Shown: positions 47,889 to 56,679 of the stretch, one piece after another | Position numbering within the stretch: the stretch's first letter is position 1 | Layout of the letters: every line of letters begins with the position of its first letter | Origin: Escherichia phage EI-SP-GF | DNA: 64,000 nucleotides | Sequence record: OR992645.1 | Direction: 5' to 3' (one strand) | The notes under the pieces: generated by a model | Told to the model about the DNA's origin: nothing | Databases searched by the model: none | Seen by the model: only the letters and a program-made list of their open reading frames with translations | Position numbers and translations under genes: made by a program

Positions 47889-48455
47889 TTATTCAAACTG
47901 CAATAGCAAATCCACTACCGCGCTAGGTCTGTCAACAAATTCCCCAGGCCCACATGCCCACAGAGGGTATCCGTCTACATACCGCCAAATCCAACCTGCA
48001 GTGTGGAGTTCTAGCAGGGCAGTACCGTCTTTACTGTCAACCACTCTTTCCCACAGTGTTGGGCAGCGAAGCTTGAGGATCGGATCCCCTCCCTTATACC
48101 CATCCATGTAGATACCCATCGCAAAGTTTAACATCATCTTTTTGTGCACTGACCTCTTACTGAGGGTGCTCATCACTTCCTCTTTGTGAATGTTTGTAAG
48201 CTTCTCCTTGGCTACCCGCAGATCGTTGCAGCCATTGTTCAGAAGATCTTCCAGACACTTGATCCGAAGGTCGTGAATATCTTTGTCGTGCACCGTTGGT
48301 ACAGGGTCGTAGCGATAGAGCACCGTTGATACAAGGTTGCTCGGGTGTGGGTCTGACAGCAACCCATAACCCCAATACTCCTCTGTATCTGAAAGGACAA
48401 GACACCCAATGTCTCTGTCAAGCTTTCCTGTGTTGTAAGCCACATTGACCGCCAT
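47889..48455 (-). CDS. hypothetical protein
   Basis: 188-aa ORF with GGAG RBS. Confidence 0.5.
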   Translation of the reverse strand: MAVNVAYNTGKLDRDIGCLVLSDTEEYWGYGLLSDPHPSNLVSTVLYRYDPVPTVHDKDIHDLRIKCLEDLLNNGCNDLRVAKEKLTNIHKEEVMSTLSKRSVHKKMMLNFAMGIYMDGYKGGDPILKLRCPTLWERVVDSKDGTALLELHTAGWIWRYVDGYPLWACGPGEFVDRPSAVVDLLLQFE

Positions 48456-48457
48456 GA

Positions 48458-48703
48458 TTATAGCTCCACTAGCAAAGTGCTCTCAAAATGCCTCTCATGC
48501 AGACCGTTATAAGGAACCACTTCCACAACACCGTCGCGGATGTATGGAGCCATCATGGTGACATAATCACCGAACGGGTTGACATTATCACTAACCACGA
48601 CCACATGCTGGCCCTCCTTGGCAGAGTGCCAGATAGATCTGCACTTCATCATGTGTTCGAGAGCGCCAGGTAAAATCTTGTTACGTTCTTTACGGGTCTT
48701 CAT
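48458..48703 (-). CDS. hypothetical protein
   Basis: 81-aa ORF; start overlaps upstream stop (ATGA). Confidence 0.45.
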   Translation of the reverse strand: MKTRKERNKILPGALEHMMKCRSIWHSAKEGQHVVVVSDNVNPFGDYVTMMAPYIRDGVVEVVPYNGLHERHFESTLLVEL

Positions 48704-49149
48704 AACAGATATAGCTCCTTATGAAAGTGGGCTTTCAATTTCTCACCGAGAAACTTCTTGATACCTTCCTCTAAAGTGTTTTCGATGTAGTCCAACTTAA
48801 CTGCTTCGATGGACATATCATAGATCGCCAGCTCTAAGCTGTCAAGTCCCATCATAGCATGAACCATAAGATTTTCATCTTCAGATACATTCAGGGGACT
48901 TCCTATAACATCTGGAGGTAGAATAGTTTCCCAATTATTCTGGGCGGTAGATCTCCCGCCATCCACCTTACGTCTCAGCTCGAATGTATTCTTAGTGTAG
49001 AACACTTCATAAGAAACGATACGACTGTCACTCTCATAATGGACGAAGTTCAAGTAGGAGCCCAGCCGTAGTCGGCAAACTTCTACCCCAAACCATTGTT
49101 TCTTATAAGAATTCAGGCTAATGCTGTCGCATTCACGTTTGCTCAACAC
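48700..49149 (-). CDS. hypothetical protein
   Basis: 149-aa ORF, GTG start with AAGGAGAG RBS. Confidence 0.5.
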   Translation of the reverse strand: MLSKRECDSISLNSYKKQWFGVEVCRLRLGSYLNFVHYESDSRIVSYEVFYTKNTFELRRKVDGGRSTAQNNWETILPPDVIGSPLNVSEDENLMVHAMMGLDSLELAIYDMSIEAVKLDYIENTLEEGIKKFLGEKLKAHFHKELYLL

Positions 49150-49165
49150 GGCTCTCTCCTTCTTG

Positions 49166-49399
49166 TTAATCTTCGTAAATAATGATTTCTGCTTTAGGTT
49201 TTCGTGCTTTCAGGTCCAGCTCTATCCAGTGCACCATCGCTGTTTCAAGAAAAACAGCCTGGATGCATCCGTCTTCAGCGTGCCCTACCAGCATAACAAG
49301 ATCTTCACATTCATCATCTGCATCACGGACATACAAGATCTCTCCAGATTCAAAGTCTTTCACAACCTGATTGCTGGATAATTTACGAATTTTTGCCAT
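49166..49399 (-). CDS. hypothetical acidic protein
   Basis: 77-aa ORF with RBS. Confidence 0.45.
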   Translation of the reverse strand: MAKIRKLSSNQVVKDFESGEILYVRDADDECEDLVMLVGHAEDGCIQAVFLETAMVHWIELDLKARKPKAEIIIYED

Positions 49400-49400
49400 A

Positions 49401-49664
49401 TCAGAAACCCTCTAAAAAGCTCTTGTAGAAAATAATCTCAGTATCCACACCAGTCACGATCTTGTCGTTCCTGATTTCATCTGTAAGATAGGTGTCAAAA
49501 CGCAGCACCTGTGTGGTATTGTCACACATCCACTCGGCTGTGACCATGGCAAAAATCTTGGCATCTTCATTATCTGGTGTGAATGTTACCACCTCACCGC
49601 ATTTAAACTTTTCGATAGGTTGCGTGTTAGCTTTTGGTTCTGCAATGGTGATTTTTGTAGTCAT
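49401..49664 (-). CDS. hypothetical protein
   Basis: 87-aa ORF with GGAGGA RBS; start overlaps upstream stop. Confidence 0.45.
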   Translation of the reverse strand: MTTKITIAEPKANTQPIEKFKCGEVVTFTPDNEDAKIFAMVTAEWMCDNTTQVLRFDTYLTDEIRNDKIVTGVDTEIIFYKSFLEGF

Positions 49665-49930
49665 TACTCTTCCTCCATAGTTTCACCAAATACTTCGATA
49701 CGAGCGTCAAGCTCTGTTGCTTTCAGCTCCCCGACAAAATCTTTCAGTTCTTTCTCGTCAAGATCGTATGCCCACACACAAGATGAGCATGCAGATTTCA
49801 CGATTAGCAGTGTAGATACACGGCCTGACTCTGTAATCATGCTCACAATGGTTCCTACAGGGAACGTGTTGATAGCTTTTTTAACTGGGCGTTCAGCTTT
49901 AATTACTACCTCTGTTGCCATAAATACCAT
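49664..49930 (-). CDS. hypothetical protein
   Basis: 88-aa ORF. Confidence 0.45.
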   Translation of the reverse strand: MVFMATEVVIKAERPVKKAINTFPVGTIVSMITESGRVSTLLIVKSACSSCVWAYDLDEKELKDFVGELKATELDARIEVFGETMEEE

Positions 49931-49936
49931 CCTCTC

Positions 49937-51397
49937 TTACTTAGCATACTCGATTAATTCCACAGTTTTCCCAAAGCTCGGGATATAATTTTTATTATAC
50001 CCTTCAGTGAGAACCCATAAAGTATCGTACTTTTTCCACTTGTTGTCAACAGCCTTTTGTTCAAAGTTATGCTCAAAGTAGAGGTCGGTAAGGACGATGA
50101 CATCTTTTGCATTCGGTATGTTAGCATCCAGATACTCGAACACGCAGGCGGCTGTTGTGCCCCATGTTGAGTGGACCTCATAGTTGATCATCTCATCGAT
50201 GTTACCGCGAGTGTATACTTTAACCTCTCCAACCTCGGTTGACCAACAGAACATCGTAACCTTAAACTCTTTATACAAATTGCACAACCCGGTGATCTCA
50301 TTGAACATTTTCTTTAAAGTTCTTTGCGAGATCGATCCAGAAACGTCCAAAGCCACTACAATATCTATGGTGTTTTCCGGATTACGACCAGGAACAATAA
50401 TGTGTTGATTCTTGTTTATAGCTCTAACTTTTCGCATTGTGGTGGTCAAAGACCCAGATCGGCGACCAGGTTTTCTGTAGGTTAGCTCGGCCTTTCGTTT
50501 AGACAACATACGTTGCTTAATAATATCTATATAGTTGATTACAGGCTTGCCTCTGTTTTTGACAAACTCGCGCACCGCCTCAGGGCAACGACCTCCTGAA
50601 GCTTGCATTGCTGCTTCCAACATGTCACCAGAGTCCTGCATGGCCTGATCTTTATCAGATTGACTGATTACTGGTTGCGGCTGATCATACCCCATAGCCT
50701 TTCCAAGATCATCACTAGTGCCACCGTTCCCGCTCATGTGATCATCGGTTTGTCGTTTATCTCCTTGGGAGTTCTCGCCTTTACCATTCTTACTTTTACC
50801 GCTATTCTGATCTCTTTGTTTATCAAGAACTGCATAGACGTTCTCAGCAATCCATCCATGAAACTTCATGTCGCAGTAGCAATTAGCTAAGAAGCCAAAA
50901 GGCTTACCTTTTACGAACTCAGTGCTTTTCCCCTTCGGGAAGAAAACACAAGGAGGCTTGCTAAAGTCAACCACAAGACCTGTGTTGATAACGTGATCAC
51001 AAGCAATATTGAACAGTTCCGGCTCAAAGCTTTTACCACGGACCAGATGATCACAGATAATATGCCCCACCTCATGTGACAGAAGGAAGGCCACCTCTTT
51101 CACAGATTTTGGGGAATAGAAAACCTCAGCCATCTCAAACTGCTTGTCAGTCAGAGATGCTTTAAGAATGGTTTTACGCTCATCTGCCAACCCCATAATG
51201 AACTCAGGGCTGTAGTAGATGCGTTTATGGTCTGTTGCCATAGTGGAGCACCATGTGTGGTTTTCTACGAACTGCAACCCTGACAACAGTGTGCCATAAA
51301 ACGGCAGCTTTTCAAGAAGGTACATGCGAGCGGCCTGCAGCATTCGCAAGGCATCATCTTTTTGTGCGGTAATGATTTCTGAACTTCTGCTATCCAT
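49937..51397 (-). CDS. VWA-domain protein with N-terminal HExxH metallopeptidase-like domain (DUF2201-type)
   Basis: HExxH motif in LLSHEVGHIICDH; MIDAS motif DxSxS in VVALDVSGSIS; ATG 51397 with GGAG RBS preferred over 51418. Confidence 0.7.
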   Translation of the reverse strand: MDSRSSEIITAQKDDALRMLQAARMYLLEKLPFYGTLLSGLQFVENHTWCSTMATDHKRIYYSPEFIMGLADERKTILKASLTDKQFEMAEVFYSPKSVKEVAFLLSHEVGHIICDHLVRGKSFEPELFNIACDHVINTGLVVDFSKPPCVFFPKGKSTEFVKGKPFGFLANCYCDMKFHGWIAENVYAVLDKQRDQNSGKSKNGKGENSQGDKRQTDDHMSGNGGTSDDLGKAMGYDQPQPVISQSDKDQAMQDSGDMLEAAMQASGGRCPEAVREFVKNRGKPVINYIDIIKQRMLSKRKAELTYRKPGRRSGSLTTTMRKVRAINKNQHIIVPGRNPENTIDIVVALDVSGSISQRTLKKMFNEITGLCNLYKEFKVTMFCWSTEVGEVKVYTRGNIDEMINYEVHSTWGTTAACVFEYLDANIPNAKDVIVLTDLYFEHNFEQKAVDNKWKKYDTLWVLTEGYNKNYIPSFGKTVELIEYAK

Positions 51398-51430
51398 TAA
51401 AACTCCAGAAGGGGCCATTGGCCCCTGTCA

Positions 51431-52420
51431 TTATTTAACGTGCTTGAAAATACCAGCCAACTCGGTCATTGTCATGCGAGTGGTCTTCATAAGGTCTGTC
51501 ATAGCCTTCTCCATGATTGGAGATACTACCATGAAGTTACCTTTGGTGAAACCTTTGTTCCAGTCGGTAACTAATAGGGGTTTAAGTCCGGCACCGAGAC
51601 GTTCACCAGTTAAAGCACAACATTTTCGAATGTATGTGCTCTTAAACTGGCTGAATGACAGATCAACTTTCATACCTGCATCGTAGAACGTCTGGCAATA
51701 GAAAGTGTAAGCTTTGGCAATCTCAACATCGTCAGGCAGTGCAGGAACCTCTTCTGTAAGCTCTTCTTCGACCCCTTGAGGCTCTTTTTCCTCTTCGTAA
51801 GCCTGTTGCGTCATCTCTTCAATCTCCTCTACTACAGGCTCGTTTACAATGTCAGAAATGTGCTTGTTGGCTCCACGATTAGCCATGAAGTTTTTAAAAT
51901 CCTGCATTGGTGACATATCTTCCTCCCATTCTTCGTCAAAGAGTGCTAGTTTATCCTCTTCCGTTCCATATTGCAAGATGAAATCTTCAAAAGTGTAATC
52001 ACCTTTCAATTTCTCCATACGCTCTTCGCTCAGGTGGAGCATCATCTGCTGGACAATTTTTCGATCAGTTTTATCTTTAATCAGGACTGCGGTCTTTTTA
52101 TCTACCAGACAATCCTTTAGAGAGTTGCATCTCAATCCCACCACACAACAGTTATCAACCGCATAAGGACCTTCATCATCTATCCGCTCTAGAGATGGGT
52201 AGAAAGGATTTCCCAGTCCGTTTTCATCTGTGTGCATGTCGAAAGGTATAAGGGTATAGTCGCATACCCCCTCTCCTAAAAGTTTTTTACCAAATAGGAG
52301 ATATTCTTCCCATGACAGGTTGAACTCTATATCTCGTTTCCGTGCATTATTCTGTTTGCGTCTGTATTTTTTGAGCAAGCGCTCTAACTCTTCTGGTGTA
52401 TAATATTTTTCAAGATTCAT
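51431..52420 (-). CDS. HNH_3-like domain protein (degenerate HNH/AP2-type, two related modules)
   Basis: SLERIDDEGPYAVDNCCVVGLRCNSLKD and LVTDWNKGFTKGNFMVVSPIMEKAM both fit the ..ID..G.Y...N..VV.....N..K pattern; ATG 52420 with AAGAGA RBS preferred over TTG 52486; central acidic linker. Confidence 0.4.
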   Translation of the reverse strand: MNLEKYYTPEELERLLKKYRRKQNNARKRDIEFNLSWEEYLLFGKKLLGEGVCDYTLIPFDMHTDENGLGNPFYPSLERIDDEGPYAVDNCCVVGLRCNSLKDCLVDKKTAVLIKDKTDRKIVQQMMLHLSEERMEKLKGDYTFEDFILQYGTEEDKLALFDEEWEEDMSPMQDFKNFMANRGANKHISDIVNEPVVEEIEEMTQQAYEEEKEPQGVEEELTEEVPALPDDVEIAKAYTFYCQTFYDAGMKVDLSFSQFKSTYIRKCCALTGERLGAGLKPLLVTDWNKGFTKGNFMVVSPIMEKAMTDLMKTTRMTMTELAGIFKHVK

Positions 52421-52451
52421 GAGTTGTCTCTTGTTCTCTGTGGGTGGAGAA

Positions 52452-52480
52452 ATCTTACCAAGCGCCTGGGGAGATGTCAA
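52452..52480 (-). promoter_or_regulatory. leftward early promoter TTGACA-N17-TAAGAT
   Basis: on minus strand: -35 ttgaca (52480-52475), 17-nt spacer, -10 taagat (52457-52452). Confidence 0.5.
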
Positions 52481-52493
52481 CCTCAAAAACGTG

Positions 52494-52522
52494 TTGACTT
52501 TACTCTAAATCTCCGATATAGT
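52494..52522 (+). promoter_or_regulatory. rightward early promoter TTGACT-N17-TATAGT
   Basis: ttgact 52494-52499, 17-nt spacer, tatagt 52517-52522; AGGAG RBS and ATG 52563 downstream. Confidence 0.5.
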
Positions 52523-52562
52523 GCACCCATTCGAAAGAAAACTAACATAGGAGCACTTATTC

Positions 52563-53462
52563 ATGGCAAATCTTAACAGTTTTAGCACCAGGTGGCAACA
52601 GGATATAACAACCAATCTTTCAGCTGGAGATATCCTTTCTGCAATTTACGAGGCTTTGGATGATAAAGCTACTTCAAGATCGGTTTGTACTAATCCGCTA
52701 ATTCCTATGGTGATGAAGGTAATTGAGCGGAGGTTGGTATCTGGGTCCGATAAGTGGACATACCTTGATAATGGAGGGCATACTTACTCCAACGGATATG
52801 TTGATATAAAAGTGGAATACGCAGTATCATACCGCCGGAGCGGTTCTGTAACTTTCAACTTCTCTGGAGGTTTCCGATCTCTGGCAACTTCACCTTTTGT
52901 TTCCTCAGAGGAGAAGTATGAGCTGCCATTTCTTTGGATGATGGCTAACGCGACAGGAAAAACCCCCGTTAGCATCCGAGTAAAATACAACTACAACGGA
53001 TCTAGTAAGATCTATGCCGAGAGTGTCTCAGCAAGTTTTTATTTTGTGATGGGGGATGGAATCCTCAAACATATAAAGATGTGCGATATGCATGATGTTA
53101 TAAATGAAGTGACTGATAAGAATGTCCTAGTGAAAGACCTCAATAATTTTTATACACCTGGAGACTATTACGTCAACCGCCCACTGTGCATCTTTAATGC
53201 CGCACACCCTTTAGGTGAGTATTTGATCGCCAATAGCGATATTGCCAATAATCGCTTCGAGGTAGCAAGAGTACAGAATGAGGTGTTGACATCTTGCAAG
53301 AGCGGTGATAAGTTTACCGAAGAAGAGATGGGTGTTTTAGAGATGATGGGATATAAGTGTAGCCTTTGGGTAGATGAGGTGTTTAATGACGGCATCTATG
53401 GACAGGATATTTACCCACTAAAGAAGTATACTGATTCCAGTTTAATTTACGCGGAGATTTGA
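52563..53462 (+). CDS. hypothetical protein (first gene of rightward block)
   Basis: 299-aa ORF with AGGAG RBS. Confidence 0.5.
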   Translation: MANLNSFSTRWQQDITTNLSAGDILSAIYEALDDKATSRSVCTNPLIPMVMKVIERRLVSGSDKWTYLDNGGHTYSNGYVDIKVEYAVSYRRSGSVTFNFSGGFRSLATSPFVSSEEKYELPFLWMMANATGKTPVSIRVKYNYNGSSKIYAESVSASFYFVMGDGILKHIKMCDMHDVINEVTDKNVLVKDLNNFYTPGDYYVNRPLCIFNAAHPLGEYLIANSDIANNRFEVARVQNEVLTSCKSGDKFTEEEMGVLEMMGYKCSLWVDEVFNDGIYGQDIYPLKKYTDSSLIYAEI

Positions 53463-53464
53463 CT

Positions 53465-53737
53465 ATGATGAAGTCATGTGGTAGTGTATATTATGTTGGT
53501 GAGAATGTTCAGGCAGATAGTGTGTGGAAATCCATTAAGTCCACCACCGATGATGCCTTCTTGAGCGGGTTATGTTTCCCCAATCCTGGGGACATTCTCC
53601 CTCACCCTGGGGATTTTGTTGTCAACAAGACAGACGGTTATACCGTGTGCCTGATGGTTGAAAAAATCTTTTTAGACACTAGACACAATCACCGTCTTGT
53701 GCTAAAATTTCAAGAATGTAAAATGACAGTTGCCTAA
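53465..53737 (+). CDS. hypothetical protein
   Basis: ORF in track starts TTG 53459; ATG 53465 with GGAG RBS. Confidence 0.45.
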   Translation: MMKSCGSVYYVGENVQADSVWKSIKSTTDDAFLSGLCFPNPGDILPHPGDFVVNKTDGYTVCLMVEKIFLDTRHNHRLVLKFQECKMTVA

Positions 53738-53749
53738 GGAGGCCTATCA

Positions 53750-54106
53750 ATGTCTAAAGTTACTTATCGTGCAGCTATTTACTGCAATGAGCAACCAATC
53801 AATAGTGATGGTCACTGCTTTTTTAAAGAAAATCAGTTGGGCTGTATTGCCCTCCCTGATGAAGGGGAAGGTTATATGATTGCATTGACAGGGTTTGAGC
53901 CTGAAGCCTTGGAAGCCAATCTGGACTACCTAGTAGAGAAGGGTGCTGCAGACTTGGTTGCCAATGGCCTCTCCATAAGCCTTGAAGAAGTGGAGCGCTT
54001 CATGGGCAATTACCGTGTAGTGCGTGAGTTCACTATCGAGGTGGAAACTCCAGAGTGGGGTAGCACTGAAACTAATGCTGAAGAAAAAGAAGAGGGGGTA
54101 GAATAA
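53750..54106 (+). CDS. hypothetical acidic protein
   Basis: 118 aa, AGGAGG RBS. Confidence 0.5.
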   Translation: MSKVTYRAAIYCNEQPINSDGHCFFKENQLGCIALPDEGEGYMIALTGFEPEALEANLDYLVEKGAADLVANGLSISLEEVERFMGNYRVVREFTIEVETPEWGSTETNAEEKEEGVE

Positions 54107-54363
54107 TGAAAGTGCAGATCTTGACTAATGCCGAGAAGATGTTTATCGAAGATACGCCTTTTGAAACTGGTGAGCTACAGTTTGTATATTTTGTTGACTT
54201 AGATAAGGTTTTTCCTGCGCTGAATCTGGGTTTGGAGAAAGTACCTTATAAAACTCTATGCCAGGTTGTCCGTGCCTTAGCAGCAGATGGAGAGTTCCAC
54301 ACCCTTGAAGATATCCAGACCTATGGGTATCTTGAACTGCAACGAGAAGAAGAGGTAGACTGA
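54106..54363 (+). CDS. hypothetical acidic protein
   Basis: 85 aa, start overlaps previous stop. Confidence 0.45.
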   Translation: MKVQILTNAEKMFIEDTPFETGELQFVYFVDLDKVFPALNLGLEKVPYKTLCQVVRALAADGEFHTLEDIQTYGYLELQREEEVD

Positions 54364-54365
54364 TA

Positions 54366-54746
54366 ATGGCCCAGTGGAAGACAACAGTTGACCTTCATGA
54401 TCAGTGGTTAGGACGCATAACTGAAGACGGGAAACTGGTAGAGTGGGACAACAAGCATGTTAGCGAGTTGGCAAGTATTGTGGCTGGCAAGTTACGCTCC
54501 AAGTTCCCTGAACAACTGGATCCTGATAATTCAAAGTTCGATCCTGAGTTGGAGGATGTTGTATACTACTTCGATACCGTGGATGACTACGATGCGTGGC
54601 TTGCAGCACGGAATCTTTACCCGCAAGGCTCTGCTATGCGCCAGATGGAAGAAGATTATCCTCCGTGTGAGCAATTCAATAGCGCAATGACTTGCCTCTA
54701 TGATTGGGCAGATAAGAACCTTGTCTGGATTCGAACTGCATTCTAG
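54366..54746 (+). CDS. hypothetical protein
   Basis: 126 aa. Confidence 0.5.
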   Translation: MAQWKTTVDLHDQWLGRITEDGKLVEWDNKHVSELASIVAGKLRSKFPEQLDPDNSKFDPELEDVVYYFDTVDDYDAWLAARNLYPQGSAMRQMEEDYPPCEQFNSAMTCLYDWADKNLVWIRTAF

Positions 54747-54761
54747 TAGGTGGTGGCAGGG

Positions 54762-55055
54762 ATGCCGCTTAGAAGAGTAATAAACATGTTATACCAGAAA
54801 CACGAACTTTGTGCAGAAAAAGAGTTAAATTTTGACAAAGTTATCCACAGATATTGTTACGGGAAAACCGGAAGATACCTAAAAAGGTGGACTCCAGCAT
54901 TCTTTCACCCCAGCAGGAGACTAAGCCCTGAAGAAGCAACAGCAGAAAGGGTTGCATACAACTGGGAAGTTGTGTACGATATTGACAGATCCGATGTGAC
55001 ATCTGTTTTGGAAAACTTTGAAAACACTTACACACAAGTAGAGGACTTTTACTAA
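54762..55055 (+). CDS. hypothetical protein
   Basis: ORF in track starts GTG 54750; ATG 54762 with GGTGG RBS. Confidence 0.45.
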   Translation: MPLRRVINMLYQKHELCAEKELNFDKVIHRYCYGKTGRYLKRWTPAFFHPSRRLSPEEATAERVAYNWEVVYDIDRSDVTSVLENFENTYTQVEDFY

Positions 55056-56239
55056 TGTCAAGAAACGTATTTGAAAGTGGTCAAATCACTGTCCGTGAGT
55101 TGCCAGCTATTATTCAGTTTGCCCAGCGTCATAACCGATCTGTCCTGATTTTAGGACCAATGGGCGTGGGTAAGAGCCAGGTGATGAAGCAGATTGCCGA
55201 TAATATGTTCGGTGAGCGAGATGACAACCTGGTTGACGTGCGACTGTCAGATAAAGATCCTGCCGACTTATCTGGGCTACCTATCCCTGTAGAAGCGGAT
55301 GGAACTACACGTACAGTGTTTGCAATTCCAGAATTTTGGCCTTCGGATCCGGACTGGAGCGGAATTATCTTTCTGGATGAGCTTACTCATGCAGATAATT
55401 ACCTGCAAAAGGTTGCAATGCAGATTATGCTCGACCACAAGTGCGGCACCTATGCATTCCCTAAAGGCTCTGTTTTTGTGGCTGCGGGTAACCGTTCTAC
55501 AGATGGTGCGGTTCTTTCGGCGCTCGAAGCTCCTCTGGCTAACCGCTTTATCATTGTAGAGGTTACAAGCAATGCAGAGGTGTTTATTGAGGACTACGCA
55601 TTCCTTAATGGGGTGCATTCCTCTGTAATTGGATATCTGAAAAGAGTTCCATCAGCTATCGATAATTATGAGGCTATGGCTGAGATTAATTGTCCATCTT
55701 TTGCCACACCGCGATCTTGGGTTGCTGCATCTGATATCTTGCACGATTTTGACAGCGGTATTATTTCTGACGCTATGGCCCGTGTTCTTCTGCAAGGTGC
55801 TATTGGTCACACTGCAGCGGTAGAGATCTGGACCTACCACACCAAGAAACGCAACTTACCGGAAATCGGTCGGATTATGGCAGGTGGTTGCAAAGAATAC
55901 GTAGGTCCTAAGCAGCCAGACATCTTGTGGATTCTTGGATCTGAAGGTTGTATCGCTATTCGTAATATGATGGAAAATGCAAGTATCTCTGACGAAGATC
56001 TTGTCAGCTGCGTGGCAAACTTCCTCGATTTCCTTTGGGAAAACTTCAAGGACGAGAACCGAGATTTTGTATTCTCAGTCTTTATGGCGATGATGAAACC
56101 TAACGCCTTAGGAAATGCCTTGCTTATCGGTAAAGGGCGTGACAAGATCGTTGCTCAACTGATCAAAGCGTACCCAAACCTGATGAAGATTGTAAAAGAG
56201 TTTGGTGAAGAGTTTAGCGCCATTTTAGCTAAAGCTTGA
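55055..56239 (+). CDS. MoxR-type AAA+ ATPase
   Basis: Walker A GPMGVGKS, Walker B IIFLDEL, sensor-1 AAGN and Arg-finger-like ANRF. Confidence 0.75.
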   Translation: MSRNVFESGQITVRELPAIIQFAQRHNRSVLILGPMGVGKSQVMKQIADNMFGERDDNLVDVRLSDKDPADLSGLPIPVEADGTTRTVFAIPEFWPSDPDWSGIIFLDELTHADNYLQKVAMQIMLDHKCGTYAFPKGSVFVAAGNRSTDGAVLSALEAPLANRFIIVEVTSNAEVFIEDYAFLNGVHSSVIGYLKRVPSAIDNYEAMAEINCPSFATPRSWVAASDILHDFDSGIISDAMARVLLQGAIGHTAAVEIWTYHTKKRNLPEIGRIMAGGCKEYVGPKQPDILWILGSEGCIAIRNMMENASISDEDLVSCVANFLDFLWENFKDENRDFVFSVFMAMMKPNALGNALLIGKGRDKIVAQLIKAYPNLMKIVKEFGEEFSAILAKA

Positions 56240-56248
56240 GGAGGTTGT

Positions 56249-56629
56249 ATGGCTAAAGTAGGTAAGCGGGGAAACTACTTGGTGGTATTGACCGAGGAGC
56301 CGGAGAAGGAGTACGAATGCAGCTCCACTTGTGTGATCGATATCCGAGAAAAAGATGTGGATGAAATCTGGTTTAAAATACTGGACGCTTGCGACAGCAG
56401 TGACTATTTCTTCATCTATGTCAACGATAAAGCTGGGTTCTTCCATGACGATGGGGAATTACCGTATGAAATTTATGAACTTGTAGAGGCTTGCCATCGT
56501 GGAGATGCGGAGTTGTTTGGTCTACGGCTGAAAAGCGGTAAATTCTTCTATCAAGATGAATGCATGAATCTTCACAACTTCGTAGAGGGGACTTGCAACG
56601 ATGGAGAGATTTTGGCACACTACGATTAA
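56249..56629 (+). CDS. hypothetical protein
   Basis: 126 aa, GAGGAGG RBS. Confidence 0.5.
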   Translation: MAKVGKRGNYLVVLTEEPEKEYECSSTCVIDIREKDVDEIWFKILDACDSSDYFFIYVNDKAGFFHDDGELPYEIYELVEACHRGDAELFGLRLKSGKFFYQDECMNLHNFVEGTCNDGEILAHYD

Positions 56630-56643
56630 TTTCTAAGACACAC

Positions 56644-56671
56644 CCCCGCTTCGGCGGGGATTTTCTATTTG
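56644..56671 (+). terminator. rho-independent terminator (UUCG-loop hairpin)
   Basis: ccccgc-ttcg-gcgggg followed by attttctattt. Confidence 0.6.
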
Positions 56672-56679
56672 GAGCTATT

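Noticed and set aside
54726-54740. tRNA T-arm-like sequence ggattcgaactgc
   Set aside because: Inside a coding ORF with no flanking acceptor or anticodon stem structure; no tRNA could be folded by eye anywhere in the window.
56560-56679. N-terminal 40 codons of the 206-aa track ORF upstream of the endolysin
   Set aside because: This segment overlaps the previous gene and contains the terminator hairpin 56644-56671; GTG 56680 with a GGAG RBS gives a product starting with a signal peptide.
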